Shown in pieces: positions 1 to 12,600 of a stretch of 64,000 nt of DNA. The notes beneath the pieces are model-generated. The model did not search any database and was not told the origin of the DNA. It saw nothing but the letters and a program-made list of their open reading frames with translations. Position numbers and translations under genes: made by a program. How positions within the stretch are numbered: the first letter of the stretch is position 1; every line of letters begins with the position of its first letter. Origin of the DNA: Azolla caroliniana (Eukaryota; Plantae; Polypodiophyta); assembly GCA_043228905.1 (NCBI GenBank), contig JBHGNT010000007.1, forward strand, positions 2,418,001-2,482,000. Reading direction: 5' to 3'.

Positions 1-567
1 ACCTGGAGACGGCCGGGGGTCGCGCCGCATAATAGACATGTAGGAAGCGAGGGTTCCGGCCGATTGCGGACAGAAGACGATGCGGGGGAGGCCGAAGGAG
101 CGGGCGAGGGCGAGTGTGAAAGGCGCATAGAAGTCGGAGAGGATGCAAGTGAGGGGCGGGTCGGATCGGAGGAGAGATCTAACGATCTCGACCAAAGGCC
201 CTTGCATCCCGATGTCTCGGAGGTCTTGGCAAGTTTGGGCCAGGAGGAGGTGCCTTTGGCTGGGTGTTTGGTCGGCCCGGCCGGGCACCGCATTACTAGG
301 CTGATGTGTCGGGGCGGACAAAGACGGATTGGGCGGGATCTCGATGAGGTGGATGCCAGCTCCTCCTCCTCCGGTCCCGGGATGATGCCGAGAGTGGAGG
401 AGGAGGAGGAGGGGCTCCAAGTGGCGTATGGCGGCGTGGCTTTCGGGGTAGTTGGCGAAGGTTATTCGGAAGCCGCCCATTGTGGCTAGGCTTATGCAGA
501 GGTCCATGAATGGCCCTATGTGCCCTTGGGCCGGGAAGGCCACCACCAAGGCATGAGGCTTCTTCAT
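1..567 (-). CDS. Family-1 UDP-glycosyltransferase (UGT), N-terminal part, truncated by window edge
   Basis: Manual translation from ATG at 567 is open to base 1: MKKPHALVVAFPAQGHIGPFMDLCISLATMGGFRITFAN...PPLTCILSDFYAPFTLALARSFGLPRIVFCPQSA. It has the UGT N-terminal 'PHALVVxFPAQGH' motif with catalytic His and the 'CILSD' motif with catalytic Asp. It is missing from the ORF track because no stop falls inside the window. Confidence 0.93.
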   Translation of the reverse strand, partial: MKKPHALVVAFPAQGHIGPFMDLCISLATMGGFRITFANYPESHAAIRHLEPLLLLLHSRHHPGTGGGGAGIHLIEIPPNPSLSAPTHQPSNAVPGRADQTPSQRHLLLAQTCQDLRDIGMQGPLVEIVRSLLRSDPPLTCILSDFYAPFTLALARSFGLPRIVFCPQSAGTLASYMSIMRRDPRPSPG

Positions 568-729
568 CCTCTCTCTCTCTCTCTCTTGTCTTTTGTCCGC
601 CCGCCCATTTCCCTTGGCAAGGACATTGTGGAAAGCAGGGCTTTAACAACAACGACAAGGACGCCAGCTGTCGTGACATGATGAGAGCCACACTTTCTTT
701 GCCAACTGCGTGTGCTAATTCACCACCCG

Positions 730-988
730 TGTTGTAATAAACTAATTAGTTTAGAATAAGTAAATAAAATAATAATAAGAAGAAGAAGACGAAAAGTTAA
801 ATGATATGAACAGGTGCACCCCAAAAATCTATAACAACCACATTTCCTCTCTGTGTGGTCGGTTGGTTGTGTGGTCGGTTGGTTGTAGAGACAGACAAAA
901 GGAACTATCATTCAATCAAATTTCTTCCTACCTTTCTCTCTGTCTCCCTCTCCCTCTATTTCCATTCCATATTTCCTTATTTTCCACA
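730..988 (+). repeat. 5' LTR of copia element (259 bp)
   Basis: Starts TGTTGTAATAA, ends TTTTCCACA, aligns with 5681-5878 and is directly followed by the PBS. Confidence 0.92.
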
Positions 989-1000
989 TGGTATTAGAGC
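989..1000 (+). other. Primer-binding site for initiator tRNA-Met
   Basis: TGGTATTAGAGC, one mismatch from canonical TGGTATCAGAGC, abutting the terminal CA of the LTR. Confidence 0.9.
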
Positions 1001-1080
1001 GGTGAAGGAGTCCAACCCCACCAAGAATTGTGTCGTGGTGTTAATAACGAACGTGTGAATTAAAGAAACGTTTTTCGACC

Positions 1081-4000
1081 ATGTCAAAAGGTGGAGTGAT
1101 AGCAAATGTGGTTACAAATGCCGCCCAGGTATCGTCTCGCACTTATCACATTGAAAAATTAAATGATAAAAACTATAAACCATGCCGTATGACCATGGAA
1201 ATTATATTAGAACAACATGACTTGTTAAATATCGCCGAATGGAACCGACATGTGCCCCGACATTAATGTCCCCACAAATGTGCTTGACGTGCAAACATGG
1301 AAGCAACGTGATTTAAACGCTCGCTTAGAACTTCTCCTTCATATGGAGGACACACTTAAGCAAAGTGTGAGAACCTTGACTACCTCCAAACAAATATGGG
1401 ATAGATTAGAGGCTGATTACCTCCATACGAACGTTACGTCCCAAGTTGCAAATTTAAAAACTTTAATAAATATGAATATGAATGAAAATGATGATGTTGA
1501 TACATTTGTTAAAAATTGGAGACCGACTTGATGATGTGATCCTTTCAGGACTTAGTTTGCCAAGTTCCGTTCAATCCGCCCTCTTGTTAGCCGCCCTACC
1601 CCCATCATGGCAACCATTTATAAGTACAAAATCCACATCAGTCAACATTAGTGTCCCAACATTAGTGGCATCAATCTCACAAGAAAACATATTTCATAGG
1701 GCAATAAATCACACCGCACTTTATATCAAACATCCAAATTACAATAAAAAACCTTACAATAAACCTAGATCAACATACCAACCTAATAACTCCAAATTTT
1801 ATTCATGGACTTCTAAATTTAATGATTCAAGGAATCATAACAAATCTAGGTTCCTTAGATCCTTTTGTAAAAATTGTCAAAGGAGTGGACATGAAACAAA
1901 AGATTGTTATAGGAATCCTAACAATGGGAAAAGAACATATAAAGAAGACCAATCTTACAATGCATCACATGATGACTACGATCAAAATAATGACATATGT
2001 CATAGTGACCAAAATTCCGATGAGGATAATGAAGTCTCTTTCATTGCCTTCATGGCCCTCACTTCATTTAACAACTCTCCCACTTCAACGTGGATTCTTG
2101 ATACAGGTGTCACATGTCACCTCACCTCAAGAGTTGAATGGCTCAAAGATTATAAGGTCTTAGAGCATCCTTTCCCGGTTAGATTTGGGAACAATGGGGT
2201 TAAATATGCCCTTGGACATGGGACTGCCCATCTTGAACTTTCTGATGGGAACTTCATTGAAATCAATGAAGTTTACTATATACCTAACATAGCAAAAAAC
2301 TTGATATCTGTCAATAAACTCACAAATGATAATACATCCGTCGAGTTTTATCACAAATATTGTATCATTCGTCATAAGACACCCTCTGGACGAGGCTATG
2401 TCGTTAACTGTCCAAGACAAGGATGTCTTTACCTTTTAGGTCACTCTGTGGTACCTGCCGAAGAAGCACACCACATGGATGATTCAAACACATCCAACTA
2501 TATGACCTTATTATGGCACTATCGATTAGGCCACTTAAACAATCAAACAATGGTTCACATGGCCTGACAACATATAGCAGTTGGTTTTACTCTTCCAAGT
2601 AAATCAAAACTATCCCTTTACGAAGGGTGTATATTTGGAAAACTCTGTAACTCACCATTTCCATCCCATCCTACAACGACCACTAAACCCCTCCAACTAG
2701 TGCACACAGATATATGTGGTCCTTTGTCTACCCCATCCCTATCTGGAAATGTATATTTCTTAACATTTATCGATGACTTTACTCGTTTCACGATGGTCAT
2801 ATTTCTCAAGACAAAATGTAGTGATCAAGTCCTTGAGAAATTCAAAGCCTATCATAAACTTGCAACAAATCAACAAGAATTGCCCCTTAAAGTACTCCAA
2901 TCAGATAATGGTGGAGAATTCAAGTCCCAAAACTTCCAAACGTATTGCCAAAATCGTGGGATTCAACAACGGTTTACCATTCCATATACACCCCAACACA
3001 ATTCAAGGGTTGAACGACGAAACCGGTTGTATATGGATGCCACTCGTTGCATGCTCGCCGATGCAAACCTTCCCCGAACATACTGGGAAGAGGCTGTTTC
3101 GACTGCTTGTTATATATTCAATAGAACATATAGTCGATCAATTAGGACAACTTCATTTTCCTTGTGGTTTGGAAAAAATCCAAATTATAAACATCTAAGA
3201 ATCTTTGGATGTCCATCATATGCACTCGTACCGTTAGAAACTCAATCAAAATTAGATAATCACGCAGTTCGCACAATATTTGTTGGGTATGGCGAACCTC
3301 AGGGCTATAAGGGTTATTGATTATACGACCCAAAATAAAAAAGATTTATATTTAGCCGACGAGTGATATTTGATGAAGACAAACTGATATCTAATCCTCA
3401 TTCACATCATGGCTATGAAAAGATACAAGACGCGACTACCATGTCTAACACTGAATCCAATAAAGAAGTAATATCATCACCTACTAATTCTTGACGGGCT
3501 CCACAAATGTCCTCGGAAATTCAACAAGTCACAATTAACTCTCCTCCATTAATGCCCTCATCTCTAGAGATCCGCCCACAAGTCGCAGGTTCAACCAATG
3601 ACTCCAACTTATTGCCTCTAATAACCAAACAATCCCAACAAACTAATGTACATACTCCAATTTTAAATAGTAACCCTAACCAAAGTAAAAAGAGCCTTAA
3701 TAATCACCATAGCACTCATAAGGAAAAACTTTTAGATGGAACACAACTAACTCATATTGATTATTCATGTTCCCATCCTATCAAAAATCTCCTTATTCCA
3801 CTACGACGATCCTCACGCCTTAATGTCAAATTGAAAACCATTGGTCACAATGATGCAAAAGTAATTAAAATAGGATGTAGAAAGACTTCATATTCCACTA
3901 ATAATCAACATGTAGAACATACAAGTAGTTCTGACATTGCGAAATCACCTAGTTCACTTAGCTCTACATCTACTTCAAAGAAAGTTCGTACTATTCAAGA

Positions 4001-5653
4001 TCTTTATGATCGCACAAAAAAAATAGAGGCTCTTGTTGCGGACCATCAATTTGAACCTAAGTTTGCATTTTCGGCTCTTGGTTCCCCCTCAACCACATCA
4101 GACATTTCTGATGATCCCTTAACTATCAATGAGGCATTGCAAAGTCCAGATCATAATGAATGGCAAGCTGCGATGGCAAAAGAACTTGAATCTCTTGAGG
4201 CCAACAAAACGTGGACCCTAGTACCACTCCCAATGGGACGCTCACCTATTTCATGCAAATGGGTGTTGAAGAAAAAACTAAACCCTAATGGTATTGTTGC
4301 ACGTTACAAAGCTCGACTTGTCACTTGTGGTTTTTCTCAAGTTGAAGGACTTGACTATTCTGAGACATTCTCACCCGTTCTTCGCATGGCATCTTTTCGG
4401 CTCCTAATGGCTCTGGCCACCATTCTTGACCTCGAGGTACATCATTTGGATGTACAAACGGCATTTCTACTTTGTGATTTATCCGAAGAAATCTACATGT
4501 CACAACCTCCTGGGTTTGAGTCACACTCTCAACCAAACTATGTGTGTCGGTTACATTGGTCACTTTATGGACTCAAACAATCTCCTAGGTTATGGTTTCA
4601 AAAATTTAACAATTTTATGCTCTTACATGGCTATTCTAGATTGTTATCAGAACCAAATATATACATTAGGCATAATCATACATCTAATCGGTTGTTAGTG
4701 GTAGCACTATATGTGGATGACATTCCTATAGTCGGAACACCATCTGAAATTACTCAAGCAAAGCTAGAACTTTCCAGAGCATTTTCAATAACAGATTTAG
4801 GTCCCCTATCTTATTTCCTGGGCATGCAAGTTACGCTTAATCGTAGTATGGGCACCTTAATCATTCATCAAAATAAATTCATTAATGAAATTTTGAAATC
4901 CTTCGGAATGTAAAACATTAAACCTTGCCCTACTCCCTTATCACTAACATGTAACTTAAGCATATCCGATGGTCCAACAATTTCCCTTTAAACAATTAAT
5001 AGGAAAACTTCGATATTTAGTCACAGGAACTCGTCCTGACCTTTGTTTTGCAATTAATTATCTATTGCGCTTTATGCATAACCTCGGCCTTATGCATTGG
5101 AAATCACTTCAACGAGTTATGCGATATCTAAAACACACATCTAACTATGGATTAACATATAAACGATCCCAATCCGAAAGACCAATCAAATCACTTGTTG
5201 GTTGGTCTAATTCGGATTGGGGGGGGACGTTGATTCTCGAAGATCTACTGCTGGTTTTTCTTTTATAATGGCAGGAGCAGCAATGACGTGGCAATCAAAA
5301 AACAAGAGTCTGTGACACTCTCATCTGTTGAAGCTGAATTCGTAGCAATGGCGTTGGCTGCTAAAGAAGGACTATGGTTGCAAACAGTGTTAAAAGAACT
5401 CCAACTATGTGAACCGCTTCAATTGAAAAAATCTTTTGCGACAATATATCATGTATCTACTTAACAAAGAATCCAAAGCACTCAGAGAAAACAGCACATG
5501 GATTTAAAATATCACTTTATACGAGAGTTTGCCGAAGAAAACAAGCTTACCTTAGAGTTTACATCAACAAATCATATGTGGGCTGATTTTCTAACAAAGG
5601 CTCTCCCTCCGGACAAATTTGAAGCTTGTTGTGAAAATTTAGGATTACAATGA
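1081..5653 (+). pseudogene. Copia gag-pol polyprotein, disrupted by frameshifts and stops
   Basis: ORF fragments carry the gag N-terminus (IEKLNDKNY), zinc knuckle CKNCQRSGHETKDC, protease WILDTG, GAG-pre-integrase LWHYRLGH, integrase (HTDICGP, FIDD, SDNGGEF, VERRNR), RT (CKWVLKKK, ARYKARLV, YGLKQSPR, LYVDD) and the start of RNase H (SDWGG). Confidence 0.93.
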
Positions 5654-5680
5654 TTCACAACTAATTAGTTTATGGGGGGT

Positions 5681-5878
5681 TGTTGTAATAATCTAATTAG
5701 TTTAGAATAAATAAATAATAAGACGAAAAGTTAAATGATATGAAAAGGTGCACCCCAAAAATAGGGTGCATTGGTTGTAGAGAGAGACAAAAGGAACTAT
5801 CATTCAATAAAATTTCTTCCTACCTTTCTCTCTCTCCCTCTCCCTCCCTTTCCATTCCATATTTCCTTATTTTCCACA
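5681..5878 (+). repeat. 3' LTR of copia element (198 bp), preceded by polypurine tract at ~5672-5679
   Basis: TGTTGTAATAA...TTTTCCACA homologous to 730-988, preceded by ATGGGGGG. Confidence 0.92.
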
Positions 5879-5919
5879 TCTCGTTCTTTTCATCACATGC
5901 CCAAGGAAAAAGGCCAGAT

Positions 5920-6075
5920 GTTGACGTGGCTGCCTGCTGCGCTGCCAAGCATACGTGGCAGCAAACCGCCAGATCGCTCACGTGGCCAGGAACCCGCTGA
6001 CACATGGGCCAAGCATACGTGACAACGAAACGCCAGATCACCCTTACATTGGCCAAGGACGTTGACACGTGGCCC
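5920..6075. promoter_or_regulatory. Cluster of ABRE/G-box motifs (4x ACGTGGC), probably displaced UGT upstream region
   Basis: ACGTGGC at 5924, 5953, 5980 and 6067, plus TACGTG at 6016, in a GC/CpG-rich 150-bp stretch. Function is inferred from motif identity only. Confidence 0.55.
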
Positions 6076-7189
6076 CGACCTACACATTGGTGCAATCTCA
6101 AAACTTATGGTTATTGATCGCATCCCACCTGCACATTGACCCTTCTCTTCAATTGTGATCTCTATTATTGATGTGGCACTTCATGTATACAAGATTATAA
6201 ATTAATATGGTTCTTTAAATTATTCCCAATAGGCTCATGATGTAGCTACGGTCTACCATTCACACATAAAATAAGTAACTTATAAGTTTTAAGTTACTCT
6301 TTCTCTTGAAACTCTTCATTTGTAAGTCTCAAACCAATACTTTTCGAATTGTCAAATTTTACTTTTACCCGAGAATGTTACTTTCATTAACAGGGAACTA
6401 GATTCATAATTTATCATAATAAGCAAATGCAAGTTGATAATGCGATGATAATAATAGTAGTAATAATGACGTTATTTTGATCTAACTCTAACGCAGGGGT
6501 ATTCGAGTAAATTTAGTCAATGGTTGAGGTGATTTTCATGCATATTAAAAAACCTAGGCGTATTCTTGATCATTCTTGTCGAGCTGACAAACTGGAGGTT
6601 ATTTTGGTCATTTCACAAAATATATGGGTATTTCGATTATCGTCAAAACATTTATAGTGTTATGTAGGTTTCTTAACCTTTGTAAATGGCACTAAACATA
6701 TTTCAATAGAGAGGATTCAATCAAAATTTTGAGCACCATTTTCAATGGTATTGGTCAAGATGGATTGGGAAAAAAGAAAAACATATGAACATGTAATTAA
6801 TTGTCATCCAGAAGAGTTCTCGTGTCCCAACACCACCACAAGGTGTACCATACAAAGATTTTATTGCTCCACACATGCACAACTCCCACCCTCTCACCCC
6901 ACAAAAAGCAGGCATCAACCTTGCCAACAAAGACATTGTTGAAGCAAAATCCTTGCACATAGATGAACAAGCCCAAGGCATCATCTTGGCCACATCTAAC
7001 AATTGAGCAAGAATCTCATGGTCACAATAAAAACCTCGAGAACAAAGGGTATGTATGAGGTAGGGACATCCACATCGAAGAAGGATGAATTGGTGCTAGA
7101 CCTAATGAGCACAATGGCATGTGAGGAGCAAAATAGAGGGCTATCATTCAAGCTCACATGTGATATCTGAAGCTAATCGACTATTAGAA

Positions 7190-7860
7190 GAAGATGTCAT
7201 GATGGAAATTCTTGAGTTGTCCAATGTGCCATGCTCTAACCGATGGTTATGATTCCTAAGAGTATTGAATCGTTGAGCCGATTGTAGACGCGTCATTCAT
7301 GGATTGGGCTATGTAGGTGAACATCAATTTATACTCAAACTAAAATCAATTCCAATCTAGCCATAAACAATTGTGCCATTATGACAATGCAAGGTCCAAT
7401 CAGGCTAGTGTGAATGTGCAATCTACCACTAGGACTGAACAAATGTTTTCACTAATATGATGAGCATCATGAACGAAGTACAAGGAATTGATTGCATTTC
7501 GGTCATAATAATATCATCCTTAAACAACTTCCCTATGAATGGATGTGCAAAGTTAGTTAAGGAAGAGATCCAAGATTGATTTGTATGTCAAAAGTTCCTA
7601 TAAGCTTATCACATGTCCAATTGTGAGAAGGTATTGGAGAGGCTCAATGAAGCACGCCTAACTCGAAGTTAGCATTTATCCGATCAACAATCCTTATCAT
7701 TCATTGAACACTTATGCGGACCTTATGTTGTCCTGTGGAAAAAATCGATGCCATTCACAAGATATGAAAGAATGTGAGATGTCTTTGGAAGTGAGAAGGT
7801 TCTTGGGTGCATGTGCATTCTACCGTATATGGATATGGCACTATGTGTGCATTGTCTATC
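7190..7860 (+). mobile_element. Highly degenerate Ty3/gypsy reverse transcriptase relic
   Basis: Short recognisable peptides in shifting frames: PCSNRWL near 7230, CEKVLERLNEA near 7625, EVRRFLGACAFYRIW near 7790. No intact ORF or LTR identified. Confidence 0.6.
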
Positions 7861-9644
7861 TATTATAGTTCTTACTAAGGATAGGACAAAGATTACAACT
7901 ACAAGTAGCATAACAAGAAGGGTCAGCATAAAAAATGACCAAGAGGAGACCACTGAAATTCTTCCTGAAAGAGGAAGAACACAGAGAGAAAAACATAACG
8001 AAAAACAGAATGATGCACCTACATTGACTTGAGCTTCTATGTGTCTTCTTCTTTTTTTATTACCAAAACCAAAATATCCTCCCATTAGTTTTTAGAAAAG
8101 TCATAACAACTGCAACATACAAAATATTTTTTCCCAACTCATCTTTATAAGACGATGGTTAAGGAAACAAATCTATGTACTCCAAAATAGAGGAAAAACT
8201 AATCTGAAAGTTATTCTATAGACTACTATGTGTCTTTTCATGGTGTCCCCATTAAGTAAGTACCTCTACAAATGAACCATTTGTTATGCTCTCAATAATG
8301 GCTTTATAGTACCACTCACATAAGACCTAAATAACTTTATGGTACCATTTGTTATGCCCTGAGGCATAATCTCCCACCCCTCATGCTCTAGATAGGGGAC
8401 GCCAAAATTTTCTAATTCCAAATGGCCTCTTTGTGGATGCCAAAACATTTTAAATCTAAGTGGCTTCTCTGTGAACACTAAAAGATTCCAATTCTAGTCC
8501 TACTATATGATGCCAAGTTGAATCATGGGAGTGCATCATACTTTCCAAAGTGCTTCAACATCATTGAATTTAAACATTTTGCAATTGAGAAGTTTACTAA
8601 CATTGCCACTTGGTTTCTAGGTCACAAAAAATACTTCATCACAAAGGTTTTCTAAGCTATAGAAATCTTTATCCAAAAGTGCATAAGCATCTCAAGCATC
8701 CAAACATTGATATTCAGTGGCTCACTTGATAGCGTATTATTTTTTGCTCTTAACATTCTAATGAAAGATATTATTTGATGGAGAGCCAAAACATATAACA
8801 AGAATCGGTTCATTACAACCTTAACGCATGATACAAAAGTGCTCCACTTTACTGATGTATATATAAACAATGCAATATATGTTGTTTACAGTTCCAACAC
8901 ACAATATGTATATCTTAGCGTTAAATGCCATAGAAATGTCTCTAAAGCCACTAAAGGTATGTCGTTTAAGGTATACCTAAAAAGGCCAGCTCCATCACAT
9001 GCTCAAATGCAGATATTGTAGTTATAATACACTCCTCACATCTACATCACATATGTGTTTTTTCATTAGGCTGATCATGAACTTTGCAATAAAATGGGCT
9101 TACAACAGCTTACACAAAATAGTATTATGTACCACTTATAGAGCATATTCTCATACATCTCTTTTTCTTTATTTCAGCAACTGTCCTTGCTCCACCCCCT
9201 GTAACATTCTAGTTGAGCAATTATACCATCAATCCAACCCCTTCAACAAAGGCTATATTGGAGTCATTTTTAAATGGTTATAAATTATAATTTTCACCCC
9301 TCTACACTAGCTCAGCTGAACAGGGAAATGGAGCTGTATATCCATGACTACTTTATGAACATAAATATACGTTTATATTTTCAATTGGACAAATTGTGCC
9401 CGAGAGTTTTCCCAAGAGGTCATTTTCAGTTCCACGCTTTTCCATTCTGCAAAACTCTCTACCATTTAATCTACATATGTTTCTTGTATGTACAAAGCAT
9501 GGAGAGAAAAAAAATACAAATAATTGAATGTCTACCTTCATTGGCGTATGGGACCAAGCATTCCCCTGTTAAGATAACTACAGAACCTACAATTTAATTT
9601 GGGTACAGATGGTAAAAATACATTCCATAAATGGTTGCATTAAA

Positions 9645-12600
9645 TTAGTCATCATCTGATAAACAAATTACATCAAGAATAGTGTTGTTCCTATTAGCCT
9701 CAGGACAAGGAGGGGGTATCACATTAATTACATTCGGCTGGAAATTGGGTGATGGCATTGATGTTTGTATAAGGGTATCCTGGTTAGCATGCTCAAATAT
9801 AACTTGCCTAGTTGATATTGTACACCTGTTTTCATGAGCTAGGAGAACCTCTTCAACATTCAAATCTGGTGGCCTTGCCATATTCTCTACAATAATGTTG
9901 TCACATGCAGGCCTTTCACTCTCACTAGCATTTGAAGGGATTTCTGGTAAAATGGTTACACCTGAAGATCCATGGTTTTCTTGTGGAATCACTGCATTGC
10001 TAGAGTTCGGGAGAGAGCCAACAGCTGCTGCATCCATTTGGGAATTAGTGCTACAATGAGGTGTACCTGCCGTCGTGAAAGTGGAAGTGCCATTGTGTGT
10101 GGAATCTTGAACTAATGAGTTGCCACTACCAATCTGATTTGATGTGGGGTGAGAATAACCACCCCTGGAGTGATGACTCGTAGACAAAGAACTTTGAGTT
10201 ACATTGGTAGTAACCAAAGGTGGTTGTGGCACATTATTGATAACCACTCCAGCAACAGGTCCAACCAATCTCTGCATGGAGTGATTATGGGGTAGAGGCA
10301 CTGTAACCCTATTTCTAGTTTCATGTGGTGAATATGAACTTGTCCTTGATTGACCAAAACCTATACCAGGTGTTGTAGCCACATGAACGGCTTGGGAGGA
10401 GGATAACTGAGGCTGAATATTTTGCCTTTGAGGTTGAAGTGAATTAGCTGCAGTCCCTGTACTTACTCCTACAGTACCACCCTGAGATATAGTGGAATTT
10501 GCAAATGATGGTCGCACTACACTTGGTAATATGAACCTTCCTTGGTCTCCACTACTAACAGGTGCTGTCACCATACTCTGTGTTATCAAAGGGACCCTTG
10601 TATGTATAGGCAGAGTTTGCTGATGATTCTGTGTCAGACTGACTACAGTAGCAGCTGCAAAACAGAAGCAACAGTGCACACGGTAAGCAGGGAAAAAATT
10701 TAACCTTGAAGATTTAGTGAGTATAAATGATTGGGCAATTTGATTTATTACGAGAACTCGAAGTACAGAATTTTTGGGCTAAGATCTCCAATTTTCATCT
10801 CATTGCTGATGAATGAAACCAGAAACATGTTAATTTCTTCCTAGATAATAGCCAACAATTTTTAAAACACTTTGAATTATAGCTTTTGGCAAATATTAGA
10901 CATAATTAAGTAAACAGGACACCACCTACACACCAGAACAGTTTGGTAGTACAAACCTGTTGTAGTGGTTGGGGACGAGTCCATTGAGTTTTTCAGCCGA
11001 AAAACCTCTGCCAAACGACGATTCATCTCTACCTTCTTTAAGTTGACTTCCAGAGATGATACCTTGTTTGTGTACGTCGAATCTTCTTCTTGCAACATAG
11101 CCTCATACTTCTTTGAAAGGAGTTCTAACTCCTTCATAAACTGCGCTTTTATTCTATCCTTCTGTGGCAGCACATCAAAAAAAAGAGAGAAGAGTGATCA
11201 TCAGCTACAGCCAGTGATTTAAAATATGAAAGCAAGCATTATGTCTAAACAAGATAGCCACCTCTGCTTCATGGATGTTCCTTAATTTTTCTTGTTCTTT
11301 TCTCAGCCTAATAAACTCTTGCGCCAAAGGATCATTTTGGTATGTCTGGGTTGTCCGTGGCTGAACAGTTTGTAAAACTCGATTACTTGGAACATTCCTA
11401 TTAGAAGCAACCCGTGAAATTGCAGGAACAGAGGTTAAATTACTTGATAAAGTTCGAGTGCTCTCATTTGAGGAATCCAATGGAGTTTGAAGCCCATTCA
11501 AATGATGTTGCCTCACATTAGAAGGTGAAGCTTGAGATATTTCATGTGACAGCTGAGTTTGTCGTGTAAAAGAATGTGGTTGAGATTGAGAGCGAAGTAG
11601 AGATTGAGGTTGAAGTGGAGGTGAAGGTTGAGGCTGAGGCTGGGGTTGGATTTGAGCTTGAGGTTGAGGTTGAAGTTGAGGTTGAGATTGAGGTTGAGGT
11701 TGAGGTTGAGGTTGAGGTTGAGGTTGAGGTTGAGGTGGGGTGTGGGTTTGGGCTTGAGGTAGTGTGGATGGTGATGATGGCCGTGGAGGTGGAGGTGGAT
11801 GCGGCTGAGGTTGTGATGATGGCACTGATGCATTGGACCCACCTCTAGGGTTTAATATAATGCTACTCGCACGAGCTCCTGCAACTGTGGAACCAATGAC
11901 AGTTTGATCAACACCACAGGACTCACCACTCTCTAAAACTTCCTTTAAAACCTGAGGAAGAGAATTAAAGATTTCTCTCTCATTGATCTTTCTTACACCA
12001 GTTTCCAGAGCTATATTTGGATCTTCATCTTCATCATGTTGTGCAACAAGAACCTTGTTACCCTTTTCCCGCTCTTCATATTGTTTATTTACTAAATTAA
12101 TCCGAGTAGCCCTAAAAGCAGCTTCTAGCATTGCAACACCACTTGTAAACATCGCAGAGATTTGTGCCTCAGTAGAGATTCCTTTCTTTAATGTTCTTGC
12201 CTTGAAACATGCTGTTTCATACCATCGTTTCAGTTTATCCTTGTAAGACTGCTCAATAGAATCTAGTTTCATTATCTGAGCTTTCTGGGCATTTATAAGG
12301 AGTTGCAGTCGTTGACTCCTCTTTCTTTCTTGCATAGCGGCTCTTTTTTGAGAAAGCAGAAGCTCATGTTCTATTTGAGGTCTATGAGCATCAACAAGAA
12401 TCTCTCCCAGATCTTGAGAAGTGGATACCATACATGTCTGCGGAATCTGTTCTCTTGAATTAGAGACAGTTGGCACACATTCAGTCATCATGGGCTGCTG
12501 CTGATCCAATGGAGGACGTTGGTTCATCTTTCCCACAGCCAAATCACAGTCTCGCAATTTAGAACCCTGAGACTGGTGTCCTCCATGTTCAAACCACTTT

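Larger units (their letters stand above)
730..5878 (+). mobile_element. Full-length but decayed Ty1/copia LTR retrotransposon (~5.15 kb)
   Basis: 5' LTR 730-988 and 3' LTR 5681-5878 (both TGTTG...CCACA). PBS TGGTATTAGAGC follows the 5' LTR and a G-rich PPT precedes the 3' LTR. Internal order is gag-PR-INT-RT-RH. Flanking 5-mers ACCCG/TCTCG match only 3/5. Confidence 0.96.

Noticed and set aside
64-737. ORFs 64-489 (+), 296-691 (-) and 510-737 (+)
   Set aside because: They are antisense or off-frame shadows of the GC-rich UGT coding region. The real frame starts at 567 on the minus strand.
11513-11848. Overlapping LN-repeat and VE-repeat ORFs
   Set aside because: These are alternative-frame readings of the (CAACCT)n tract, with no independent gene evidence.
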